Source of the DNA: Pseudomonadota bacterium
GTDB lineage: Bacteria; Bdellovibrionota; FAC87; UBA2466
Reading direction: 5' to 3'
Assembly: GCA_043767805.1 (NCBI GenBank)
Contig: JAYUGC010000114.1
Coordinates: 1 to 11,739 of the forward strand
Length of the DNA: 11,739 nt
Part shown: positions 1-6,908 of the stretch, one piece after another
How the letters are laid out: each line of letters begins with the position of its first letter
Numbering within the stretch: the first letter of the stretch is position 1
Notes under the pieces: model-generated
Database searches by the model: none
What the model saw: the letters and a program-made list of their open reading frames with translations, nothing else
What the model was told of the DNA's origin: nothing
Program-made: the position numbers and the translations under genes

Positions 1-81
1 GGCTATCGTGAATTACTGACAATGGAGGTCGGCGTGCGACTCTACACCGCTCGACTCCCCGCCCTAAGTGACGAAAGATGA
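1..81 (+). CDS. Possible 3' end of a convergent gene entering from the left (GYRELLTMEVGVRLYTARLPALSDER*)
   Basis: Frame +1 is open from base 1 to TGA at 79-81 and ends 15 nt from the stop of the minus-strand 60-aa ORF. Too short to recognise; it could be chance. Confidence 0.35.
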   Translation, partial: GYRELLTMEVGVRLYTARLPALSDER

Positions 82-96
82 GCCCCGGGGAACGCC

Positions 97-279
97 CTAC
101 TCAACGGCTGGCTTCCCGTTTATTTCTTCGATTAGCTCACGGGAGGACTGGAGCTCGTCGTCATCGATATCTTGCTGATCGTTGGGGATGCTGGCGTAGC
201 GAAGCTTATTGCCCGGCGTCCACTCCGTACAATTTTTCTGATAGAGAAGCCTCCAGAGCGCGGTATTGGCTTCGGACAT
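97..279 (-). CDS. Small hypothetical protein (60 aa, acidic C-terminal half)
   Basis: ATG lies 2 nt after the thioesterase stop and is preceded by purine-rich AAAGGGAA. Composition is protein-like, but I recognise no family. Confidence 0.55.
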   Translation of the reverse strand: MSEANTALWRLLYQKNCTEWTPGNKLRYASIPNDQQDIDDDELQSSRELIEEINGKPAVE

Positions 280-281
280 GC

Positions 282-767
282 TCAGTTCCCTTTATTGAAG
301 TTGAGGCGCAGCGCCCGGCGGCGCTCGGCATCGGAAAACTTGCGCTTCTCCTCCGGCGTGCGCGCCTCGAAAGGAGGAACGGGTTTCGATTTGCGATTCT
401 CGTCGAGCGCGACGAAGGTTAAAAACGCCTGGGTCGCTTCGTGTCTCTCGCCCGTGGTGCTGTTTTCCGCTTCGACTACCGCTTCGATTTCCATCGAAGT
501 GCGCCCGGCCCAAGTGACCTCCGCCCGGATGTGGACGGTATGGCCGAGACGAATCGGCGCTTTGAAGTGCAGATAATCGATGGAGACCGTGACGCAGGCC
601 GCGCGGGCGTAGCGTTGAGCCGCGATGGCGCAGGCGATGTCCACCCACCCCATGACGACGCCGCCGAAAATGGTGCCGAGAGCGTTGGTGTGAGACGGCA
701 GCACCAGCTCGGTCATGATGACGGGTGACCGATCGGACGCGGCGGGCGTTTTGTTTTCAGTTTTCAT
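282..767 (-). CDS. Acyl-CoA thioesterase, hotdog fold (YciA-like)
   Basis: Motifs VLPSHTNALGTIFGGVVMGWVD, VTVSID..HFKAPIRLG, GRTSMEI and FLTFVALDE. ATGA overlap with the mltG stop at 764-767. Confidence 0.92.
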   Translation of the reverse strand: MKTENKTPAASDRSPVIMTELVLPSHTNALGTIFGGVVMGWVDIACAIAAQRYARAACVTVSIDYLHFKAPIRLGHTVHIRAEVTWAGRTSMEIEAVVEAENSTTGERHEATQAFLTFVALDENRKSKPVPPFEARTPEEKRKFSDAERRRALRLNFNKGN

Positions 768-1801
768 TTCTTGCTGGGGACCCGGTTGGTGTTGCGGGAT
801 TTCTGATACCGGGTCACGTAATCGTTGTGCTCTTTGTAGGTCTTGGAGAACAAGTGCGAGCCTTGCCCGTTCGCCACGAAGTAGAGGTACTCCTCGTTGG
901 CGGGATCGAGCGCCGCCAAGATCGCGTCCCAGCCGGGATTACAAATGGGGCCCGGGGGCAGCGCCTTGATCCGGTATGTATTGTACGGAGTCATCTCCAA
1001 GAGATGCGCCTTGGTGAGGTTGCCGTTGAAATCCTTGATCCCGTAGATCGTCGTCGGATCGCTCTGTAACCGCATCTTCTTCTTCAAACGGTTGTGAAAG
1101 ACCGCCGAGATGATTTTGCGCTCGGTGGGCACGCCCGTTTCTTTCTCGATGATGGAAGCGAGCGTAATCAGCTCGAGCGGAGTAAAACCCATTATGGCGG
1201 CCTTCTTCTTGTACTCCTCGGTGAACTTCGACTGAAACCGCCGCACCATGGTCTCCAAAATGCGCTCTTCGCCGTCGATGAGAGAAAACGAGTACGTATC
1301 GGGAAAGAGAAACCCTTCGAGGGAATCGGCGTTTACCTTGAGCTTCGAGGCCATCTCTTTGGAGAGCCCGAGGCTGGCAAACTTTTTCGCATCGCCCACG
1401 CCCGCCTTTTGTACGATGTCGGCGATCTGCCGCACGTTCCAGCCTTCGGGCACGGTAACCGCGTGCACGATGGGCTCACCTTCGTACAAAGTGTAAAGCG
1501 CGTCCATGGGCCGCATCGATTCGCGGAAGCGGAACTCGCCCGCGCGGACCCGGTGCTCGCCGTTCGTCATGCGAAGGAGCAGCCGAAACATGCCGGGGCG
1601 CTTGATGACGCCTTCCTTGGCGAGCCGCTCGGAGATGCGTCCGATGGTCGAGCCGCGGGGGATCAGAATGTCTTTTGCGGGACCCGAGGCCGAGCCTTCC
1701 ATGACGAAGTAACCGGCGGTAGCGAGCGACAACGCTCCCACGATCGCTAGTAGAATCAGGCTCGAACCAAGAAATCCGCTGCGCTTTTCGGAAGGTGGCA
1801 T
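764..1801 (-). CDS. mltG: Endolytic murein transglycosylase MltG (YceG family)
   Basis: N-terminal TM helix; VTVPEG, LEGFLFPDTY, LASIIEKET (catalytic Glu), VFHNRL, LQSDPT, PYNTY, LPPGPICNPG and YLYFVA motifs. Confidence 0.97.
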   Translation of the reverse strand: MPPSEKRSGFLGSSLILLAIVGALSLATAGYFVMEGSASGPAKDILIPRGSTIGRISERLAKEGVIKRPGMFRLLLRMTNGEHRVRAGEFRFRESMRPMDALYTLYEGEPIVHAVTVPEGWNVRQIADIVQKAGVGDAKKFASLGLSKEMASKLKVNADSLEGFLFPDTYSFSLIDGEERILETMVRRFQSKFTEEYKKKAAIMGFTPLELITLASIIEKETGVPTERKIISAVFHNRLKKKMRLQSDPTTIYGIKDFNGNLTKAHLLEMTPYNTYRIKALPPGPICNPGWDAILAALDPANEEYLYFVANGQGSHLFSKTYKEHNDYVTRYQKSRNTNRVPSKK

Positions 1802-1896
1802 TATTGGGAGGCCGGAAGCGGAGGTTGGTTCCCTCGCTCCAGGTGGCTCTGTAAGAGAATCAACGCGATGCTACTCAAGATTAACTTTCCGTCATT
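1801..1896 (-). pseudogene. Probable C-terminal remnant of RuvX/YqgF
   Basis: Frame reads NDGKLILSSIALILLQSHLERGNQPPLPASQ*, resembling the YqgF C-terminal helix (D..AA.IILQS.L[DE]). Its TAA (1801-1803) overlaps the mltG ATG as TAATG. An in-frame TAG lies upstream at 1897-1899 and there is no N-terminal part. Confidence 0.5.
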
Positions 1897-1952
1897 CTAG
1901 CACGGGGCTCGGAGGCCTCTCCCGCAGCAGCGCGATATGACAGCGCATTGTA
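1894..1952 (-). promoter_or_regulatory. Candidate sigma70-type promoter(s) for mltG
   Basis: Minus strand has an extended -10 TGcTAGAAT (1894-1902) and a second -10-like TACAAT (1947-1952). No convincing -35. Confidence 0.35.
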
Positions 1953-2002
1953 CTTAAGGGCCGCCGTTTGAGAAGGACTTTATGCTTCGCGGCGCGCTGA
2001 GC

Positions 2003-3520
2003 TTACTTCAGCCGAGGTAAAGCCGAAGGAACCGCGACTGGGCTCGATCCGGGAGCGGGCTTGGCGAGTCCCACGGGATAGGTGCATTGGTGGTACGCGA
2101 GACTTCCCATGGGCCGGCCGTTGCCGCTGCGGCGAAGACCGCCGAGAGGCAGGTTTTCGCAAGGGTGCGTGGTCGGCAGATTCCAGTGCAGCTGGCCGAC
2201 CCGCACTTCCTCCAGGCAGCGGCCGATTACGGTCTTGGACTGGGTATAGACGGACGCGACGAGCCCGTACTCGCTTTGGTTAATCCATTGCACGGCTTCT
2301 TCCAGATCGCGCACCTTATAAAAGGCGGCGTTGGGCCCGAAGATCTCGCTCTGCTCGTACACGCTCTTCTGCTTCGGCTCCTCGACCACGTGAATGGAAG
2401 GGGAGACGTAGTAACCGCGCTCTTTGCGCTCGAGCGGCTTGCCGCGCATGATCTCTTCCGCGCCTTCGCGCACCGCGATGCCTTGAATGCTCAAGTAGTT
2501 CTCTACGGATTTTTCCGAGAGCAAGGGCCCGAGGAAAGGAGTCTCTTCCCCTTCGACGAGTCCGTTACCGATTTTGCATTTTTTGGCGAGCTGGTGAAAG
2601 TCGTTCAAGAACTTATCGAAAATCTTTTCGTGGACGAGAATCCGGTGGGAGTTGAGGCTCCGCTGTCCCGAAGTGAGAAACGCCGAGAGAAACGAGTGGC
2701 TGAGCGCCGTTTCGTAGCTGGCATCGTCCCAGACGAGTAAGCTGTTTTTCCCGCCCGTATCGGTGACCAGAATTTTCGCGAAATCGCCCAGAATCTGTTT
2801 TTGGATCTTCTGCGCCTTCTCGAAAGAGCCGGTGAAGAAGATGACGTCGACGCCGGAGTGAGCGGCGAGGCGCCGTCCCATCTCGAAGCCGCCGTGGATA
2901 ACGTTGAAGACGCCGGCCGGAATCCCGGCCTCATGGCTCAGGTGCGCGAAGTACTGGCCCACGGTCGGCGCGTACTTAGTTGATTTCAAGACCACCGTGT
3001 TGCCGTACACCAGGGCCGGAAGGAAAGAACGGTGCGCGCCCAGCGCCGGGATGTCGGTCGCTCCGAATACGGCGGTGACTCCATGCGGGAAAAGGCGGAC
3101 GGCGCCGGTCATGCCCGGACCAGCTTCACTTAGCGCGGTTTCCAGGGGACGAGCCGCGGCTTCTTTCAAAACGAGATCGAAATAGGAGAGAGTTTCCGCC
3201 ACTTCCTGGCGCGATTCCCAAAGGGGCTTTCCGATTTCCAGGGTGATGAGCTGGGCCAGCGTCTCCTGATCCTTCGAGAGGGCTTCCCGGTAGCGGGAAA
3301 GTGCGGAAAGGCGATCGGAAAGCGGGATTCTGCGCCAGGTGGTGAAGCCGCGCTTGGCCGCGGTCACCGCTTCGTTCACGTGCTCGAAGCGGTAAGGGAA
3401 GGTGACGGCGGGGCTTTCGAGGTTGCCCGGGTTCTGGTTCGCTATCTCACCGTTCGCGTCGGTGACCTTCACGAACTTGCCCTGCAGATAGTCGCCTCGG
3501 TAACTATAGCTAAGCTTCAT
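2003..3520 (-). CDS. astD: AstD-like aldehyde dehydrogenase-fold protein (succinylglutamate semialdehyde dehydrogenase subfamily), catalytic residues substituted
   Basis: ALDH motifs EIGKPLWES, PHGVTAVFG, PALVYGNTVVLK, PAGVFNVIHG, FTGS, GGKNS, GQR, EIFGP, YGLVAS and LPLGG..RSGNGR; next to astA; SD GAGGTG. Canonical PFNFP, LEMGGK and GQRC read ATDIP, TDTGGK and GQRS. The symbol denotes ancestry, not proven activity. Confidence 0.85.
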   Translation of the reverse strand: MKLSYSYRGDYLQGKFVKVTDANGEIANQNPGNLESPAVTFPYRFEHVNEAVTAAKRGFTTWRRIPLSDRLSALSRYREALSKDQETLAQLITLEIGKPLWESRQEVAETLSYFDLVLKEAAARPLETALSEAGPGMTGAVRLFPHGVTAVFGATDIPALGAHRSFLPALVYGNTVVLKSTKYAPTVGQYFAHLSHEAGIPAGVFNVIHGGFEMGRRLAAHSGVDVIFFTGSFEKAQKIQKQILGDFAKILVTDTGGKNSLLVWDDASYETALSHSFLSAFLTSGQRSLNSHRILVHEKIFDKFLNDFHQLAKKCKIGNGLVEGEETPFLGPLLSEKSVENYLSIQGIAVREGAEEIMRGKPLERKERGYYVSPSIHVVEEPKQKSVYEQSEIFGPNAAFYKVRDLEEAVQWINQSEYGLVASVYTQSKTVIGRCLEEVRVGQLHWNLPTTHPCENLPLGGLRRSGNGRPMGSLAYHQCTYPVGLAKPAPGSSPVAVPSALPRLK

Positions 3521-3578
3521 TCGGCACCTCGAGGTTGAACGATGACTGAAACGATCTTATCGAGGGACCCTGGAGGGG

Positions 3579-4643
3579 TCAATCCGCCTCGGGACGAGCG
3601 GACTCGAGGCTGGTGGAGACGTAATGGATCTTTTCTCCCGGCCCGGTTCCGAGCACTTCCATGGCGGACTTGGTCAGCTGAATCCGGCCCCGGTTCGCAT
3701 GGCAGTGGGTCTGGATGCAACGGAACTCATCCTTGTTCATCAAGGCGACCAAGCCGAAATCCCCGTTCCTCTTCTTGAGAAGTTCCCGGCGGACGCTGAA
3801 CTTTTTAGCGTCCTTGATGAGGCTGACCTTGTCGGTCTCCGCCCAATAATGCGGGCCTCCGTCAAACGGGTCGATGTGCTGGCGCCATTTAAAGCCGATG
3901 CGTTCCAGCATGTGCTTCACCGGGTGCGCGCCCGGGCCCACTTGGCCGATGGCATCGCGCACTTCACCGGAGAGCAGGCACGTATAGATGTCACCCTTCG
4001 GAAAAAGGGAAGTGACGAACTCCTTGTTCTTACGAGAGAGCACGTCGGCTTCCGGATAAGAGAGGTTCGTGAACTTCCGGCCCAAGGCTTCCCAAAGAAT
4101 GCTCTCGCCGGTATCGGTGAGCGGCGGCATGAGCTCGGAAAGAATGTAATTCTTGAACCAGCGCCGCTTCATCTTCATGAAGACGAAGCGCGAGAAGGAA
4201 AGCTGGCGCCCGAGCTTGCCGGGGTGGCTTCTGAAGTTCGGATGAATCACGAGCCCGCCGATTTCCGTTGGGCCGTCGAAATCGAACTTTAGCCGAAGCA
4301 CGCGGTGGATGATGCCGGAGTGAATGGTCTCGCTGTACTTCTTCTTCTCGATGAGCTCGAAGTACATGTGCGGTTCGATGGGGCTTCCGTGGCGCGCGAT
4401 GACCATGGAGGTCCCCACCACGGAATTATCTTCCAGATTTTCCATCACGAGAATGTACTCGCGGGCGAACTTGTCCTCGATGGCGCCCGAGAAGGATTCC
4501 CGGGACTTCTTGATCTTGGCTTTCAAGACCTTCCGGTCGGCCGGAAGATTGATGAAGTAGACCATCTTGCTAAGCGCAAAGAGCCCGTCGAGATCTTCTT
4601 CCCGCACGCTACGGATCAAAAATTGCGAGTCCATCGAGCTCAC
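3579..4643 (-). CDS. astA: Arginine N-succinyltransferase (AstA family)
   Basis: Motifs FINLPAD, TEIGGLVIHPNFR, GRQLSFSRF, LWEALGRKF, LFPKGDIY, IGQV, LERIGF and IDPFDGGPH. GTG start overlaps the upstream stop (GTGA); an alternative ATG lies 3 codons later. Confidence 0.93.
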   Translation of the reverse strand: MSSMDSQFLIRSVREEDLDGLFALSKMVYFINLPADRKVLKAKIKKSRESFSGAIEDKFAREYILVMENLEDNSVVGTSMVIARHGSPIEPHMYFELIEKKKYSETIHSGIIHRVLRLKFDFDGPTEIGGLVIHPNFRSHPGKLGRQLSFSRFVFMKMKRRWFKNYILSELMPPLTDTGESILWEALGRKFTNLSYPEADVLSRKNKEFVTSLFPKGDIYTCLLSGEVRDAIGQVGPGAHPVKHMLERIGFKWRQHIDPFDGGPHYWAETDKVSLIKDAKKFSVRRELLKKRNGDFGLVALMNKDEFRCIQTHCHANRGRIQLTKSAMEVLGTGPGEKIHYVSTSLESARPEAD

Positions 4644-5932
4644 AAGTCCCCCGCCGCGGTGTGAATCATGTTGTAGTAGAACTTGGTGGCGATTTGCATC
4701 TGGCGGAGCGAGTTGTGCTCGTTCGGCCGATGCACGTTTCCCGTCGAGATGCCGGGACCGAAGACGATGGCATCGGCGCCCGCGAGATTGTAGAGCGAGG
4801 CCTCGGTCGAAGTGGCTTTGGTTTTTTTGACTGGCGGGGCACCCGCGGCTTTCAGCGCTTTTTCCGCGGCTTGAATGAACTTACCGTTACGGTTGCCCTT
4901 CAGCGGCGGATCCTGGACGACGGAAACGTTTTTGCCTTTTTCCGACTCGATGGCACGGCTCAGGCGCTGGACGAGCTTGTTCATGTCGATGTCGGGAAGC
5001 GTCCGCACGTCCATGGTGAACTGGATCTCGCCGTCGCGTGTGGTCGCGAGGTTCAAGCTTTGAGTCGTCACGGGCGGATTAAAACGAGTGTCCCGCCGTT
5101 TTCTGAGCTCGCGGCCGATGTCGTCGATCTTCTCCAGCAGGCGGAAGAGGCGGGCGGTCTCTTCGGAAGGGCCGGGCGAAAGGCGGGCCTCGCAGCGATC
5201 GGGCACCTTATTGGAGCCGTTGCCGCCGTCGAGACTCACTATGGCGTACCCGCGCTTACGAATGTCGGTGAGCGCTTTCAAGAGGGCGTTGTCACCGAGA
5301 TCGGGCGTCGCGCTGTGGGCGCTCTTTCCGCGCCATTTCTTATCGAGAAGCTCGGTGGATTTATGGTTACCGAGCGCCATCGTGAACGAAAGAATGATGT
5401 GGCCCTTATGAGCGTAGATGAGCTCGAGGTTCGAGGGCTCGCCGACCAAGGCAAAGCGCGGGATGACTTTCTTTCCGCTGAGAAGCGCTTGCGCTCCATT
5501 TAAGGCGCGTTCTTCGCCGAAGGTTCCCACGATGGCGAAGGGGCGGTTCCAGGGCTTCGCGTGGCGGGCCGCCCAAATCTTGCAAAGGATGTCGAGCTTC
5601 ACGTCCGCGGTGCCAAGCCCGTACACGCGGTCTCTTACGCGCGTGAAATGAAAAGGGTCCCCGCCGGTCTTCGTCCAATCTTCTTTCGCCCCGTAGTTCA
5701 CCGTATCGAGGTGGGTGTTGAGCACGAGGAGATCGGGGGCGTCGGGCGCGTGGTTGAAGGCGATGAGGTTTTTGAACTCGATCCCGTTCTCGACGACCTT
5801 CTGTTCGATGATTTGAAGGCCGGTCTCTTTGAGTAGCGGATGGAGAAAGCGCACGAGCTCTTCGTTGCTGAGTGTGGTGATCGAGTTGATCCGAATCACC
5901 TTTTCCATCCATTCGATTGGGGGGAGCTTCAT
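4640..5932 (-). CDS. M20 metallo-hydrolase, ArgE/DapE-like deacylase or desuccinylase
   Basis: Metal and catalytic motifs NTHLDTV, YGLGTADVK, GEE, GEPS, AHKG, GKSAHSA, N.VPD.C, FGPG and H.PNE are intact. No signal peptide. Confidence 0.9.
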   Translation of the reverse strand: MKLPPIEWMEKVIRINSITTLSNEELVRFLHPLLKETGLQIIEQKVVENGIEFKNLIAFNHAPDAPDLLVLNTHLDTVNYGAKEDWTKTGGDPFHFTRVRDRVYGLGTADVKLDILCKIWAARHAKPWNRPFAIVGTFGEERALNGAQALLSGKKVIPRFALVGEPSNLELIYAHKGHIILSFTMALGNHKSTELLDKKWRGKSAHSATPDLGDNALLKALTDIRKRGYAIVSLDGGNGSNKVPDRCEARLSPGPSEETARLFRLLEKIDDIGRELRKRRDTRFNPPVTTQSLNLATTRDGEIQFTMDVRTLPDIDMNKLVQRLSRAIESEKGKNVSVVQDPPLKGNRNGKFIQAAEKALKAAGAPPVKKTKATSTEASLYNLAGADAIVFGPGISTGNVHRPNEHNSLRQMQIATKFYYNMIHTAAGDL

Positions 5933-5943
5933 AGAGGACCCTC

Positions 5944-5973
5944 ACGCTACCCTTTGGCTCGAAACCTTGTCAA
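5944..5973 (-). promoter_or_regulatory. Candidate sigma70 promoter of the M20-astA-astD operon
   Basis: Minus strand has a perfect TTGACA (5968-5973), an 18-nt spacer and TAGCGT (5944-5949), ending 11 nt before the ATG. Confidence 0.5.
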
Positions 5974-5991
5974 TGCGACCCGCCCTGACAA
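5967..5991. promoter_or_regulatory. Inverted repeat TTGTCA-N13-TGACAA, candidate operator
   Basis: Perfect 6-bp arms at 5967-5972 and 5986-5991; one arm overlaps the predicted -35. Confidence 0.3.
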
Positions 5992-6184
5992 AGTCGTAAC
6001 CCATCGCAGCAAGGCCATGTAATTAAATAGGATTCCACCACTCGCCTTGCGCAGTACCTCCCGAATGTGATAGAAGGCGCCCACTTCGTCCCTTGAATTA
6101 TCTTGGTTTTCCGGGCCCTTCGGGCCGGGCGGGCGGGATAATCCAGGGGTCGGGAATCGCCAAGTTTTGGAGGGGTCTCGACTC

Positions 6185-6907
6185 ATGTCAGTGCTTGAAA
6201 ACGACGGTTCGGAACACCCGAACGTCGAAGCTTTGCTAGGCCACAGCTTCGTTCATCCGGAATTGCTCCGGGAAGCGCTTACGCATTCTTCCTATTCCAA
6301 CGAAAAAGCCAATCAGGAGACCGAGGTCCTCAAGGACAACGAGCGTCTGGAGTTTTTGGGCGATGCGGTCATTGGCCTCGTGGTCGGTCAGCTTCTCATG
6401 CAACGCTTTCCCGGCGCGAACGAAGGGTGGCTCTCCAAATGGCGGAGCTCGCTGGTCAGCCGCAAAACTTTGGCGGACCTAGCCATCGAGCTGAAGCTTG
6501 GCGAACACTTGCTTCTCGGCCGTGGCGAGCGCCGCTCGGGCGGCGCCGAAAAAACTTCGATCCTGGCAAGCGGTTTCGAGGCTTTGGTCGGCGCTATGTA
6601 CTTGGATGGGGGCATCGAGCCCGCGGGCAAATTTTTGGAACGTCTTTATGAGCGCCTCATCGGCGGCCTGACCGTGGGCGGGCGCGATATGATGGATAAG
6701 AAGACTCATCTTCAGGAAAAGACGCAGTCCCTCTACCGGGTGATCCCGGAATATCGTGTCATCGATTCCTGGGGCCGCGAGCACGAAAAGATTTTTCGGA
6801 TCGAGATTTGGATTCAGGGCAAGGCGATCGCCGTCGCCGAAGGCCGGAGTAAAAAGGAAGCGGAACAGGCGGCCGCGAGCATCGCCCTAGAAATTTTGGA
6901 GTTTTAA
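6185..6907 (+). CDS. rnc: Ribonuclease III
   Basis: ALTHSS, signature NERLEFLGDA, FEALVGAMYLDGG and a C-terminal dsRBD (KTHLQE, G.SKKEAEQ.AA). Start placed at ATG 6185 behind SD GGAGGGG (6169-6175), not TTG 6167. Confidence 0.98.
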   Translation: MSVLENDGSEHPNVEALLGHSFVHPELLREALTHSSYSNEKANQETEVLKDNERLEFLGDAVIGLVVGQLLMQRFPGANEGWLSKWRSSLVSRKTLADLAIELKLGEHLLLGRGERRSGGAEKTSILASGFEALVGAMYLDGGIEPAGKFLERLYERLIGGLTVGGRDMMDKKTHLQEKTQSLYRVIPEYRVIDSWGREHEKIFRIEIWIQGKAIAVAEGRSKKEAEQAAASIALEILEF

Positions 6908-6908
6908 G

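Noticed and set aside
1..100. Minus strand GGGGAGTCGAG...GCACGCCGAC superficially like a tmRNA or 6S RNA 5' end
   Set aside because: No GGNTTCGA-type tmRNA D-loop motif and no supportable structure; the open + frame explains it as well.
1928..1999. Inverted repeat CAGCGCG...CGCGCTG downstream of astD
   Set aside because: 7-bp GC-rich arms about 58 nt apart, no U-tract or target duplication; chance level.
78..5836. Many plus-strand ORFs (e.g. 1094-1750, 2087-2740, 3624-4292, 4661-5503)
   Set aside because: Antisense shadows of well-supported genes in GC-rich DNA, with no motifs.
6111..6128. GC hairpin in the rnc leader as a possible autoregulatory site
   Set aside because: The stem is short and imperfect, too small to call an RNase III site without folding analysis.
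5947..6186. 79-aa minus ORF in the divergent intergenic region
   Set aside because: It covers the predicted promoter elements and has no recognisable features.
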